From Desulfatiglandales bacterium (lineage in GTDB: Bacteria; Desulfobacterota; DSM-4660; Desulfatiglandales; Desulfatiglandaceae), in assembly GCA_963662465.1 (NCBI GenBank), contig OY759599.1, positions 6,176,001 to 6,240,000 of the forward strand: a stretch of DNA of 64,000 nucleotides, read 5' to 3'. Positions 40,106 through 50,076 of this stretch are shown here, piece after piece. The translations under genes and the position numbers were made by a program. A model generated the notes under the pieces. It worked only from the letters and a program-made list of their open reading frames with translations, did not search any database and was not told the origin of the DNA. Position 1 is the stretch's first letter, and each line of letters begins with the position of its first letter.

Positions 40106-41488
40106 CTATATAGCCTTGTCAGGATTCGTAATTTTATTCAATATCTCTTCTGCTGCCTTAACAATCAAATTATGAGCAGGATAGAAAGATTGGTATGGTT
40201 GCGCTGCATAAGATAAATTTACCAATTGATCAAGCGTAATTCCATATTGAATAGCCATTGTGATTTGATCTACTTTATCTACAACCGGCTCTCCACTAAT
40301 AAACTGGCCTCCCACTATTTTATGAGTTTTTTTATCAGCAATTAATTTTAATTTTATTTTTTTTGCATTTGGCATAATCGGGAAAGTCGTCGTAAACTCA
40401 GCATGGCCTATTTCTACATCGAAGAATCTTCTTGCTGCTTTTTCAGAAAAGCCGGCGCCCCCAATAAAATAATTGTTTATTTTGGTAGCAGCCCCATTAA
40501 AAAATCCTGAATAAACTTGATCTTTGCCCAGAAGATTATTTGCCAAAATCCTTCCCATGGGAACAGCGTTTGTTGCAAGTTTACCAGAAAGCACTTCGCC
40601 TGTAATTCCACTTACAAATTGACAGCAATCACCAATAGCGTAAACATCATTCACATTGGTTTCCATCTTATTGTTGACAACAATACCATCTTTATCAATC
40701 TTCAAACCAGTATCTTTAAATAATTCAACATCAGGTTTCATCCCGACAGCAAATATGACAAGGCCTGAAAGGTTGTTATTATTAGTTTCATTACGGTGAT
40801 CTAATGGGTCAAAATGAATAGCGCGTGCGTTTTCAAGTAAAACTTTTTCAACCGCTTCCGTTCCTTTCAAGGCGGTCACTTTACTTTTTAAATGCAAACT
40901 AATTCCGGATTTAACAAGTGATTTCTGAGCTTCCTCCACAATTTCATAGTCAACCATATTTGGCAGTACATAATCCGCCATGTCTATAAGATGCGTCTTT
41001 ACTTTTCGTTCGTTTAATGCTTGGGCAAGTTCGATTCCGATAGCGCCGGCTCCGACAACAACAGCCTTTTTCAAACCATTATGAACTAATTTCATTATTG
41101 CTTTGAGGTCTTCTTCTGTTTTGAAGGTCATAACGCCTTTTAGATTATGTCCTTCAATGCGAGGCAATACCGGCGTAGCGCCTGTCGCAATAATAAGTTT
41201 TCCGTAAGAAATATCACCGCTTTTTTCAGTTGCTACAGTCTTAGCAGCAAAATTGACTGCCACTACTTTATCCCTGATTAATTCGGCTTTTGCATCTGTA
41301 ACGATGGCATCATTTTTGAGGGTTTTTTCAAATGGAAGCAATCCTTCAATGGCATAAGGCATGGCGCAATATATCATTGAATGATCTTCAGGTCGGATAA
41401 TTCCAACCTTCATTTTGTCCTGGATGTTTTTTGCAATTGTAATTGCAGCAGGCCCACCGCCGATAACTAATATATCGAATTTATTCAA
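40106..41488 (-). CDS. FAD-dependent pyridine nucleotide-disulfide oxidoreductase (NADH oxidase/CoADR-like); AT-rich
   Basis: GGGPAA, YCAMPY redox Cys, GAGAIGIE, YAIGDC. Confidence 0.87.
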   Translation of the reverse strand: MNKFDILVIGGGPAAITIAKNIQDKMKVGIIRPEDHSMIYCAMPYAIEGLLPFEKTLKNDAIVTDAKAELIRDKVVAVNFAAKTVATEKSGDISYGKLIIATGATPVLPRIEGHNLKGVMTFKTEEDLKAIMKLVHNGLKKAVVVGAGAIGIELAQALNERKVKTHLIDMADYVLPNMVDYEIVEEAQKSLVKSGISLHLKSKVTALKGTEAVEKVLLENARAIHFDPLDHRNETNNNNLSGLVIFAVGMKPDVELFKDTGLKIDKDGIVVNNKMETNVNDVYAIGDCCQFVSGITGEVLSGKLATNAVPMGRILANNLLGKDQVYSGFFNGAATKINNYFIGGAGFSEKAARRFFDVEIGHAEFTTTFPIMPNAKKIKLKLIADKKTHKIVGGQFISGEPVVDKVDQITMAIQYGITLDQLVNLSYAAQPYQSFYPAHNLIVKAAEEILNKITNPDKAI

Positions 41489-41562
41489 ATTCCTATTCTC
41501 CTTTCTTGCTCTAAGGTTCCTTTAAAATACATAGCTTTTGAACAAAATCGCTTCCGGACGCG

Positions 41563-43551
41563 TTATAACCCGGAAGGTTCTTGATCTCCGGGCTTTTTTG
41601 TTCCCTGGATGAGCGACAGCACAACATCCGGATCCAATAGGGTCGATGTATCGCCTATATCAGATATATCTCCGGTGGAAATTTTCCTCAGGAGGCGGCG
41701 CATGATTTTGCCGCTGACCGTCTTGGGCAGGGCATCAGCCCATTGTATCCGTTCAGGCGTGGCGAAGGGCCCGATGAGACGGCGTACCTGTTGAATGAGT
41801 TCGGTCCGGAGAAGATCGTCCGGAATCCGATCAGGTTTCAGGGTGACGAAGGCATAAAGCGCCTCGCCCTTGATATCATGGGGGAATCCCACCACGGCGG
41901 CTTCCGCCACGGCCGGATGGGCCTCCAGGGCGCTTTCAACCTCGGCTGTGCCCAAACGGTGTCCGCTTACATTGATTACGTCATCCACCCGACCGGTTAT
42001 CCAGTAGTAACCGTCCTCGTCGCGTCGGGCGCCATCGCCGGTGAAATAGTAACCAGGGTAATCAGAGAAGTAAGTCTTTTGAAAGCGCACCGGATCATTA
42101 TAGATTGTGCGCGCCATACCCGGCCAGGGACTCTTTATACAGAGATACCCTTCTCCTGGTCCGTCTATTTCCTCTCCTTGCTCGTTCAGGAGACATGGCT
42201 GTATCCCGAAGTAAGGGACGGAAGCCGCACCGGGTTTAAGGTCAATGGCTCCGGGAAGCGGGCTGAGCAGGATGCCGCCCGTTTCGGTCTGCCACCAGGT
42301 ATCCACGATGGGACATTGTCCCTGGCCTACCATCTCGTAGTACCAGTGCCATGCCTCGGGATCGATCGGTTCTCCGACAGAGCCTAAAAGACGAAGACTG
42401 CTCACATCACGCCTATGGACTAACGTATTTCCTTCTTTACGGAGCGCCCGGATGGCAGTCGGCGCCGTGTAAAAAATGCTGATGCGATGTTTTTCTACCA
42501 CGTCCCAAAAGCGGTCATAGGCGGGATAGCTTGGCGATCCCTCATACATAACGCTGCTCGCACCCGCACAAAGTGGTCCGTAGACCAGATAGCTGTGCCC
42601 GGTGATCCAGCCGATATCAGCGGTACACCAATAGGTGTCTTCATCTTTATAATCGAATACGTCCAAAAAAGTACTTTCAGCAAAAAGGAGATACCCCCCC
42701 GTTGTATGGACCAAACCTTTAGGCTTACCCGTACTCCCCGAGGTATAGAGGATGAAAAGCGGGTCTTCGGCATCCATCCATTCCGGAGCGCAATACGGCT
42801 TGAGATCCGCCGCCCGCATTTCCCGATGGTACCAGAGATCGCGGCCCGGCTTCATGGGCACATCCCAGCGGATACGGCGTACCACGAGGACCGTCTCCAC
42901 TGAAGGGCAATACGCCAGCGCCTCATCTGCGTTGTGTTTCAGGGTCAGCACCCGTCCCGAACGGAATCCGCCATCACTGGTGATCAGAAGCCGAGACCGG
43001 CAGTCCTGAATGCGGTTGGCCAGAGACGCAGCGCTGAATCCGCCAAAGACCACACTGTGGATCGCCCCGATGCGTGCGCATGCCAACATCGCGATGACCA
43101 GATGCGGAATCATGGGGAGATAGAGCGTTACCCTGTCCCCTTTCTTCACGCCCAGCTTCTTTAGCACCTGGGCCAGCTTGTTGACTTCGTAAAAGAGATC
43201 CTGATAAGTGAAAGTGCGGCTGTCGCCAATTCGTTCTCCCTCAAAAATAATGGCGGCCTTATTGCGCCGCCAGGTTTGAATATGCCGGTCCAGGCAATTG
43301 TAGGCGGCGTTTAATTTCCCGCCCTGAAACCACGCAACACGGCCCTGGTTGAAGTCACCCTCCAAGGTCTTCTCCCATGGGGCATGCCAGGACAAAAGTT
43401 CACTGGCTTTTTCCGACCAGAACCCTTCCGGATCCTGGATAGACCTTGCATACAGACGGTCAAAGCCCTCACTTCCAGAAACCCGGGCGTGGCGCTGAAA
43501 GGTCTCCGGCACGGAATATCGCTCCTTTATCTGATTTATCTCTTGGCGCAT
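41563..43551 (-). CDS. acs: acetyl-CoA synthetase (AMP-forming)
   Basis: [42 protein letters not shown], LPKTxSGKIMRR. Confidence 0.95.
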   Translation of the reverse strand: MRQEINQIKERYSVPETFQRHARVSGSEGFDRLYARSIQDPEGFWSEKASELLSWHAPWEKTLEGDFNQGRVAWFQGGKLNAAYNCLDRHIQTWRRNKAAIIFEGERIGDSRTFTYQDLFYEVNKLAQVLKKLGVKKGDRVTLYLPMIPHLVIAMLACARIGAIHSVVFGGFSAASLANRIQDCRSRLLITSDGGFRSGRVLTLKHNADEALAYCPSVETVLVVRRIRWDVPMKPGRDLWYHREMRAADLKPYCAPEWMDAEDPLFILYTSGSTGKPKGLVHTTGGYLLFAESTFLDVFDYKDEDTYWCTADIGWITGHSYLVYGPLCAGASSVMYEGSPSYPAYDRFWDVVEKHRISIFYTAPTAIRALRKEGNTLVHRRDVSSLRLLGSVGEPIDPEAWHWYYEMVGQGQCPIVDTWWQTETGGILLSPLPGAIDLKPGAASVPYFGIQPCLLNEQGEEIDGPGEGYLCIKSPWPGMARTIYNDPVRFQKTYFSDYPGYYFTGDGARRDEDGYYWITGRVDDVINVSGHRLGTAEVESALEAHPAVAEAAVVGFPHDIKGEALYAFVTLKPDRIPDDLLRTELIQQVRRLIGPFATPERIQWADALPKTVSGKIMRRLLRKISTGDISDIGDTSTLLDPDVVLSLIQGTKKPGDQEPSGL

Positions 43552-43565
43552 CGTCGCCTCCTTTC

Positions 43566-43811
43566 CTAAAGACGCGAATCAATATGGCCGGGGCCTCCGC
43601 ACTCCGGTGTGTAGCAGGTAATATTGATAAAATCACATTTCTCACCGCACTCCGGACAGATATCCGGCGGGTTTGCAGCGGTTATGGTAAAACCACACTT
43701 ACTGCATTTCCAGTAAGTCAGGCCACACTGGGGACATATGTCCCCTACGAACCTGCCCTTGGCCTCATAACCACAGTGCGCACAAACCAATTTTTTCTCT
43801 TTGTTTTCCAT
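43566..43811 (-). CDS. small rubredoxin-like / Cys-rich metal-binding protein
   Basis: Four CxxCG motifs plus CYTPECG; strong purine-rich RBS. Confidence 0.78.
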   Translation of the reverse strand: MENKEKKLVCAHCGYEAKGRFVGDICPQCGLTYWKCSKCGFTITAANPPDICPECGEKCDFINITCYTPECGGPGHIDSRL

Positions 43812-43884
43812 TTTGGCTTCCCTCCCTCCCCCTCTTTTTTCGTTTAATGAGCAAAATCGTTTTCCATTTGTCATTTTTTCTACA

Positions 43885-43900
43885 TCCAATATCTATGCCA
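43885..43900 (-). promoter_or_regulatory. putative sigma54 (-24/-12) promoter for the minus-strand operon
   Basis: Minus strand TGGCATAGATATTGGA: GG-N10-GG variant of GG-N10-GC. Confidence 0.55.
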
Positions 43901-44004
43901 CAATCGCGATAGTTTCCTGCTCAAATAAATGTTTAAAAAGTCATAGCAGTAAAAATATGGAAATACTCGTAAAAAATCGAGCATGGATTGACAAACGGAG
44001 GCCC

Positions 44005-44027
44005 CGTTACTTATATTGTAGGTAACG
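44005..44027. promoter_or_regulatory. palindromic putative enhancer (UAS) overlapping a sigma70-like promoter of the activator gene
   Basis: CGTTAC-N11-GTAACG; TTGACA (43988-43993), 18 nt, TATATT (44012-44017); more GTAAC/GTTAC half-sites at 44042-44057. Confidence 0.55.
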
Positions 44028-44072
44028 TCTAAATGACTCCAGTAACGTTACCGTAACGGTCCCGACATAAAC

Positions 44073-45530
44073 ATGGCACGGGAAAAATCAAAAATTCAAA
44101 GAATACAAATGGCTGAAAGTAAAAACAGCATCCAAAATATTCTGGACCCCAACTTTGCACGATTGCTCCTGGAATCCATGGCGGATGGTGTATTTACGCT
44201 GGATGACAAGGGAAAAATAACCTCCTGGAATCCATCCATGGAACGGATTACCGGTTACACCGCCGCGGAAGCCATTGGAAAACCCTGTATGTTTCTCAGT
44301 TTCAGCCGTTGTTTTTCCAACACTTGTCCCACGGGGATCAACCAATGCGGGATTTTTGAGCAATCCGTCGTTGATGCCAAGGAATGCTTTTTGCGCCACA
44401 AGGACGGCCACGATGTCCCCGTTGTGAAAAGCGCCCGGACGGTCAGGGAGCAGGGGTTTATCAAAGGCGTGGTGGAGACCGTCACGGATATGACCGAACT
44501 GCAATTGGCGCGGCGAAAGGCGGAAGAGGCCAGTCTCCGTCTGGGGGAACACCACAGATTCGAAAATATCATCGGCAAAAGCCATCCCATGCAGGAGGTT
44601 TTTGCAGCCCTCAAAGCGGTGGCTGCCAGTGAAGCCACCGTCCTGATCCAGGGGGAAAGCGGTACGGGCAAGGAGCTGGCGGCCGGCGCCATTCATTACA
44701 ACAGCGAACGGCAAAATAATCCTTTTGTGAGCGTAAACTGCAGCGCCTTGTCGGAATCCCTGCTGGAAAGCGAGCTGTTCGGCCATGTCAAGGGCGCGTT
44801 TACGGGTGCTGTGCGTGATCGTTCCGGACGCTTCGAAGATGCCCATGGCGGTACCCTTTTTCTGGATGAAATTGGTGAAATCAGTCCGTTTATTCAGCTC
44901 AAGCTGCTTCGGGTGCTGCAGGAGAGGGAAATTGAACGGGTTGGAGAATCCCGAAAGCGAAAGATCGATATTCGGATCATTGCGGCCACCAACAAGGACC
45001 TGTACGGTCTCGTGCAAAACGGCGTCTTTCGTGAAGATCTTTACTATCGTTTGAAGGTTTTCCCCATCCTGCTTCCCCCTTTAAGGAAGCGGAAGGAAGA
45101 CATCCCGCTTCTCATCAGTGATTTTATCCGTTTTCAGAATCAAAAAACCGGGAAACAGGTGGCGGGTATTTCACAGTCGGCCATGCGGATTCTCATGGAT
45201 TACGCGTGGCCCGGCAATGTCCGTGAATTGGAAAATGCCATTGAACATGCCTTTGTTCTATGTGATAGCGGCAACATGGATGTCTTTGATCTGCCCGTTG
45301 AGATTCGACAGTTTGCCCTAACGAATAACTTAAGGCAACCGGCGGCCTTGAAGGCGCCGCCGGCAATATTGCGGGCGCCTTTGGGAAAGAACCTGACCCG
45401 GGAAACGCTCCTTGAAATTCTTGTTGAGAGTGGGTGGAACAAAGCGGAAGCGGCCCGGCGGGTGGGTCTTAGCCGCACGGCCATATGGAAATATATGAAA
45501 AAATGGGATATTCCACTGAAGCGATCGTAA
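44073..45530 (+). CDS. PAS-domain sigma54-dependent enhancer-binding protein (Fis-type HTH)
   Basis: Cys-rich [32 protein letters not shown]-terminal HTH. Confidence 0.93.
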   Translation: MAREKSKIQRIQMAESKNSIQNILDPNFARLLLESMADGVFTLDDKGKITSWNPSMERITGYTAAEAIGKPCMFLSFSRCFSNTCPTGINQCGIFEQSVVDAKECFLRHKDGHDVPVVKSARTVREQGFIKGVVETVTDMTELQLARRKAEEASLRLGEHHRFENIIGKSHPMQEVFAALKAVAASEATVLIQGESGTGKELAAGAIHYNSERQNNPFVSVNCSALSESLLESELFGHVKGAFTGAVRDRSGRFEDAHGGTLFLDEIGEISPFIQLKLLRVLQEREIERVGESRKRKIDIRIIAATNKDLYGLVQNGVFREDLYYRLKVFPILLPPLRKRKEDIPLLISDFIRFQNQKTGKQVAGISQSAMRILMDYAWPGNVRELENAIEHAFVLCDSGNMDVFDLPVEIRQFALTNNLRQPAALKAPPAILRAPLGKNLTRETLLEILVESGWNKAEAARRVGLSRTAIWKYMKKWDIPLKRS

Positions 45531-45552
45531 TTTACAAAAATTCCGGGTCCCC

Positions 45553-46932
45553 ATGAAAAAAGAAAAGCCTTACCAAATTCCTTCCCATGTGACCGAAACG
45601 ATCCTGAACAGCATCTCCGACGGGGTGTTTACCGTGGATCATGCCTGGCGCATTACCTCTTTCAACCGGGCCGCGGAACGGATCACCCGGATTCCCCGGG
45701 AAGAAGCGCTGGGAAAACATTGCTGGGAGGTGTTCCGGTCCAACATGTGTGAAACCGACTGCGCCCTCCGCCGCACCATGAAACAGGGGAAGGCCTTTGT
45801 GGATACCGCCACCTACATCGTGGACAGCGAAAAACGCCGCATTCCCGTGGTGGTTTCCACCAGCCTGCTGAAAGATGAGAAAAATACGGTGCTGGGTGGT
45901 GTGGAAACCTTTCGCGATATGAGTGTGGTGGAGGAGTTGCGCCGGGAACTAAATGCCCGCTATCAGGTGGGGGATATGGTCAGCCGGAGCCCTGCTATGC
46001 ACCGGGTTTTCAAGATCCTGCCCCAGGTGGCGGAAAGCGACAGCACCGTGCTGATCCAGGGGGAAACCGGCACCGGCAAGGAACTCTTGGCCCGGGCCCT
46101 TCACGGATTGAGTCCCCGTCGAGACAACCCCTTTGTGGCCATCAACTGCGGCGCTCTGCCGGACACCCTGTTGGAATCGGAGCTTTTCGGCTACAAGGCC
46201 GGTGCCTTTACCCATGCCGTCAAGGACAAACCGGGGCATTTCGCCCTGGCCGAAGGGGGCGTCATCATGCTGGACGAGATCGGCGATCTCAGTCCGGCCT
46301 TTCAGGTGAGGCTTTTGCGCGTGCTTCAGGAAAAGGCTTTTCGGCCCCTGGGGGGCGCTGGGGAGGTCAAGGCCGATGTGCGCATTATCGCGGCCACCAA
46401 CAAAGATCTGGACGACCTGGTGAAGACCGGTGTTTTTCGTCAGGATCTCTTTTACCGGGTGAACGTGGTTCGGTTGGACCTCCCTCCTTTGCGGGAGCGC
46501 AGAGAGGACGTTCCCACCCTGGCCAGGCATTTTATTGAGCGGTTCAACCGGTTGCAGGGGAGAATGGTGACCGGCATCAGCCAGGCGGCCCTTTCGCTGC
46601 TCATGTTCCATGACTATCCCGGCAATATTCGGGAACTTGAGAATATTATCGAGCATGCGCTGGTATTGTGTCCTGAAGGAGAAATCGGCATCCACTGTTT
46701 GCCGGAGAACCTGCAAAGGTTGTCTCCCGGACCGCTTCGGGCGGGGATGGATGCAGCGTTGAAATCGACGGAATCCCAGGTGATACAGGATGCCTTGAAA
46801 CGGCATCATTTTAACCGGTTGGCCGCCGCACGCGAACTTGGCATGCACAAGAGCACCCTGTTTCGAAAAATCAAACAACTGGGGATTCAACTGCCCAAAA
46901 CAGACGGCCGGAGCAAGCATAAAAATGAATAG
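45553..46932 (+). CDS. PAS-domain sigma54-dependent enhancer-binding protein, OrpR-like
   Basis: PAS with CWEVFRSNMCETDC, GETGTGKE, GAFTHA variant loop, YPGNIREL, HTH. Confidence 0.92.
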   Translation: MKKEKPYQIPSHVTETILNSISDGVFTVDHAWRITSFNRAAERITRIPREEALGKHCWEVFRSNMCETDCALRRTMKQGKAFVDTATYIVDSEKRRIPVVVSTSLLKDEKNTVLGGVETFRDMSVVEELRRELNARYQVGDMVSRSPAMHRVFKILPQVAESDSTVLIQGETGTGKELLARALHGLSPRRDNPFVAINCGALPDTLLESELFGYKAGAFTHAVKDKPGHFALAEGGVIMLDEIGDLSPAFQVRLLRVLQEKAFRPLGGAGEVKADVRIIAATNKDLDDLVKTGVFRQDLFYRVNVVRLDLPPLRERREDVPTLARHFIERFNRLQGRMVTGISQAALSLLMFHDYPGNIRELENIIEHALVLCPEGEIGIHCLPENLQRLSPGPLRAGMDAALKSTESQVIQDALKRHHFNRLAAARELGMHKSTLFRKIKQLGIQLPKTDGRSKHKNE

Positions 46933-47083
46933 TTGAGTCTCTCATTAGCGACTGTGCGTCCCTGTATCGTCTTAAAAGTGCTACTCTATTGCGGTTTCCC
47001 ATGACGCCGACTGTCAAGCGAAACATGAATAACCTATTGACAATATAGATTTTATCGTTATATTTGAAAATCTGTTTAAATTC

Positions 47084-47099
47084 CGGCATGTAAATTGCT
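47084..47099 (+). promoter_or_regulatory. sigma54 (-24/-12) promoter of the orp-like operon
   Basis: cGGCATGTAAATTGCt, exact GG-N10-GC spacing (GG 47085-86, GC 47097-98), AT-rich upstream tract. Confidence 0.78.
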
Positions 47100-47131
47100 G
47101 TATCTTTCTCCCAATGGGAGGATGATGACAA

Positions 47132-47503
47132 ATGAAGGTGGCTGTAACCGTATGGGAAAATCGTATTTCGCCCCTTTTCGATGCCACGCGAACATTGCTG
47201 ATCGCGGATGTTCATAATCATGTGGTTACCGAAAAACACCTGGTGTCCTTTGATTGCATTTCTCCTTTTTCCCGGGCCGCAACCCTGGAAGAGCTGGGGG
47301 TCGACACCTTGATTTGCGGCGGCGTATCCGATTTCTTCGCCAATCTGATCGAGGCGCGCAACATTCGTATTATTCCCTTTGTTGCGGGGCGTGTTGATGA
47401 GGTGATTGATGCTTATTTGAGGGATGTCCTTTGTCATAAAAGATTCCGAATGCCGGGATGTTGCGGTAGACGATATGAAAAAAATCAGGAGGAGCAAACA
47501 TGA
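47132..47503 (+). CDS. NifB/NifX family (dinitrogenase FeMo-cofactor-biosynthesis-like) protein
   Basis: RISPLFD, VDTLICGG, C-terminal MPGCCG. Confidence 0.8.
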   Translation: MKVAVTVWENRISPLFDATRTLLIADVHNHVVTEKHLVSFDCISPFSRAATLEELGVDTLICGGVSDFFANLIEARNIRIIPFVAGRVDEVIDAYLRDVLCHKRFRMPGCCGRRYEKNQEEQT

Positions 47504-48141
47504 AAATTGCAGTGAGCAGTAGTGGCAATAATTTGGATTCACAGATTGATCCGCGCTTTGGCCGATGTGCCTATTTTGTCGTTGTGGATACGGAGAGTAT
47601 GAGTTTTGAAACCTTTGACAATGAAAGTATTGCGTTAGGCGGCGGGGCCGGCATTCAAGCGGCCCAGTTTGTGGCTTCCAAAGGCGCCAAAGCGATCCTT
47701 ACGGGGAATGTGGGTCCCAATGCGGTGAAAACGCTTGCCGCGGCCGGGGTAGAGGTTTTTGTGGGCCAAAATGGAACTGTGAGGGAAGCCCTTGAGCGGT
47801 ACAAAAGGGGAGATTTACAGTCCACCAGTGCGCCCAATGTGGTTGATCATTACGGTATGGGGGGTGGCGGCGCCGGAAGCGTGAGCTCTGGTAGTGGCGG
47901 CATGGGCGGCGGCGGTGGTCGCGGTATGGGCGGCGGCGGTGGTCGCGGTATGGGCGGCGGTGGTGGTCGCGGCATGGGCGGCGGCGGTGGTTGTGGTATG
48001 GGTGGCGGTGGTGGTCGCGGCATGGGTGGCGCGCTTCAAGGGACGGGGTCTCAATCCGCCCCTCTATCCAGGGATGAAGAATTGAAACGGCTGAAAGACC
48101 AGGTTAATCAACTGCAAGAGCAGATAAAGGCCATTGAATAG
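47500..48141 (+). CDS. NifB/NifX family orange-protein-like protein with Gly-rich repeat tail
   Basis: DPRFGRC, GGAGIQAAQ, TGNVGPNA; MGGGGGRG repeats; coiled-coil end. Confidence 0.85.
   Translation: MKIAVSSSGNNLDSQIDPRFGRCAYFVVVDTESMSFETFDNESIALGGGAGIQAAQFVASKGAKAILTGNVGPNAVKTLAAAGVEVFVGQNGTVREALERYKRGDLQSTSAPNVVDHYGMGGGGAGSVSSGSGGMGGGGGRGMGGGGGRGMGGGGGRGMGGGGGCGMGGGGGRGMGGALQGTGSQSAPLSRDEELKRLKDQVNQLQEQIKAIE
47902..48030 (+). repeat. 24-bp coding tandem repeat x5 (MGGGGG[R/C]G)
   Basis: atgggcggcggcggtggtcgcggt-like units. Confidence 0.9.
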
Positions 48142-48184
48142 AAACGCTTTAGGGCCATGTGAAAGAACTGGAGGTTAGCAATTT

Positions 48185-49414
48185 ATGGCAAATGAAAATA
48201 TAAGCCAGCAGGATCAGCATAAAATGCAGGATATTGAGATCAAGGAAAGCCTGCTCCGAATCAAACATAAAATTCTTGTAATGAGCGGCAAGGGAGGCGT
48301 TGGAAAAAGCAGTGTGGCCGCCTACTTGTCCGTGGCGCTGGCCAAAAAGGGGTACAAGGTGGGACTCATGGATGTGGACCTCCACGGACCCAGTATTCCC
48401 CGCATGCTGGGACTTCAAGGAAATATTGGGCAGGGCAGTTCCGGAAAGGCCCGGCCCGTCAGCTATCTTCCCAATATGGAAGTCATTTCCATTGAAAGTC
48501 TCCTTGGGGAAAACAAGGATGCCGCCACTATTTGGCGGGGCCCTCTCAAGATTGGGGTGATAAGGCAGTTTATATCCGATATGCAGTGGAATGATTTGGA
48601 CTACATGATTATTGATTCGCCGCCGGGTACTGGAGATGAGCCTCTGACCGTGGCCCAGACCATTCCCGATGCCTTGGCCCTGATTGTCACCACTCCCCAG
48701 GAAGTGTCTTTGGCGGATGTGCGAAAGTCTATCAATTTCTGCCGCCAGGTCAATATGGAAATCCTGGGCCTGGTTGAAAACATGAGTGGACTCACCTGCC
48801 CTCACTGTGGCAAAACCATTGAATTATTCAAAACCAAGGGCGGCATGCAAACCGCAAAAAATGAAGGATTGCGGCTGCTGGGGACACTCCCCCTGGAGCC
48901 CCAGGTGGTCATGAACGGCGATGCCGGGAATATGGGACTCCTGGATGACAGCACTCGCCCCATTACTCAGGAATTCAATAAAATAGTGGATGAGATTGTG
49001 CAGTTGACCCAGCATCGGACAAAGACCGTTCCGAAAACCCAGTCGGAGTTTCCCGTCATTGAGAAATCCTCTAAAGATTCGAAAGTGCTTGTGGTTCCAG
49101 TGAGCGGGGGAAAGTTGAGCGCCCATTTTGGTCACTGCGAACAATTCGCGTTTGTTGAAACCCTGAATGGGAAAATCGTCAAAACGGATATGCGCAATCC
49201 GCCGGCTCACGAACCGGGGGTGTTGCCCCGGTGGCTTGCCGAGCAGGGCGCTGATGTGGCGATTGTGGGCGGAATGGGTGAAAGCGCTCAGCAGCTTTTG
49301 CGCGACAATGGCATTGAAGTGATTATGGGTGCGCCCATGGATTCTCCAGAGTCGCTGGCAAACCAGTATCTCTCCAACACCCTGGTTTCGGGTGAGAATA
49401 GCTGTGATCATTAG
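48185..49414 (+). CDS. Mrp/NBP35 Fe-S cluster carrier ATPase fused to a NifB/NifX domain (MrpORP-like)
   Basis: GKGGVGKS, DSPPGTGDE, ENMSxxxCPHC; C-terminal SAHFGHC...NSCDH. Confidence 0.9.
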   Translation: MANENISQQDQHKMQDIEIKESLLRIKHKILVMSGKGGVGKSSVAAYLSVALAKKGYKVGLMDVDLHGPSIPRMLGLQGNIGQGSSGKARPVSYLPNMEVISIESLLGENKDAATIWRGPLKIGVIRQFISDMQWNDLDYMIIDSPPGTGDEPLTVAQTIPDALALIVTTPQEVSLADVRKSINFCRQVNMEILGLVENMSGLTCPHCGKTIELFKTKGGMQTAKNEGLRLLGTLPLEPQVVMNGDAGNMGLLDDSTRPITQEFNKIVDEIVQLTQHRTKTVPKTQSEFPVIEKSSKDSKVLVVPVSGGKLSAHFGHCEQFAFVETLNGKIVKTDMRNPPAHEPGVLPRWLAEQGADVAIVGGMGESAQQLLRDNGIEVIMGAPMDSPESLANQYLSNTLVSGENSCDH

Positions 49415-49466
49415 TAGGGGCGAATAACGATTCGCCCTTTACCTGTGCGGATGAATCCGCACCTAC
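49414..49466. repeat. inverted pair of GTAG-type REP palindromes
   Basis: + strand GTAG-GGGCGAAT-aacg-ATTCGCCC; - strand GTAG-GTGCGGAT-tc-ATCCGCAC. Confidence 0.75.
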
Positions 49467-49483
49467 ACGGGAGAAGGAATGGC

Positions 49484-49924
49484 ATGAGCGACAATCTGGA
49501 TGATTTCATAGACGGGTTGCAGGATCAGATTTATCAGGAAACCCGGGCCGCTTATGGAGATCTTGCCTTTGAACGATGGCAAAATCTCCTCTATCTGGGC
49601 CCCATGGAGGATCCGGATGGATTCGCACGGATTACCGGTTCATGCGGGGATACCATGGAAATTTTTTTGAAATTTCAAAATGGTCGTGTTCTGGCAGCGT
49701 CATTTCAAACGGACGGGTGCGGGACCAGCGCCGTATGCGGGTCCTTTGCCTCGGAAATGGCACTGAATAAGACCCCGGATGAAGTGCTGGAAGTTACCGG
49801 CGAAAAAATCCTGGAAATTTTGGGAGGGTTTCCAAAGGAAGATGAACACTGTGCCTTTTTGGCCGCTGAAACCCTCCAGGAAGCTCTGAACAATTATATG
49901 ATTAAGCAGAAAAAGAGCAATTAG
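49484..49924 (+). CDS. NifU/IscU N-terminal-domain Fe-S scaffold protein
   Basis: GSCGDTM, TDGCG, EHCA three-Cys pattern. Confidence 0.88.
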   Translation: MSDNLDDFIDGLQDQIYQETRAAYGDLAFERWQNLLYLGPMEDPDGFARITGSCGDTMEIFLKFQNGRVLAASFQTDGCGTSAVCGSFASEMALNKTPDEVLEVTGEKILEILGGFPKEDEHCAFLAAETLQEALNNYMIKQKKSN

Positions 49925-50065
49925 CTGTTAGCGATTAGCCATTAGCTGCTGTAGGCGCTGATTTACTTGTATACGTCCCATATTGCATATTGCACGGGAA
50001 GCTTCTTGTTTTCTTTGACACGGTTCTAAGGAATAGCGCACTATCCGCTAACAGCTAACAGCTAA
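49921..50065. repeat. heptamer arrays in inverted orientation (MITE-like remnant)
   Basis: ttagctg ttagcga ttagcca ttagctg on the left; gctaaca gctaaca gctaa on the right. Confidence 0.6.
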
Positions 50066-50076
50066 AGGAGACCATA

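Noticed and set aside
47132..49924. Nitrogen-fixation gene cluster (NifB/NifX/NifU-like domains)
   Set aside because: No nifHDK/nifEN; the gene set matches the orp-type Fe-S cluster instead
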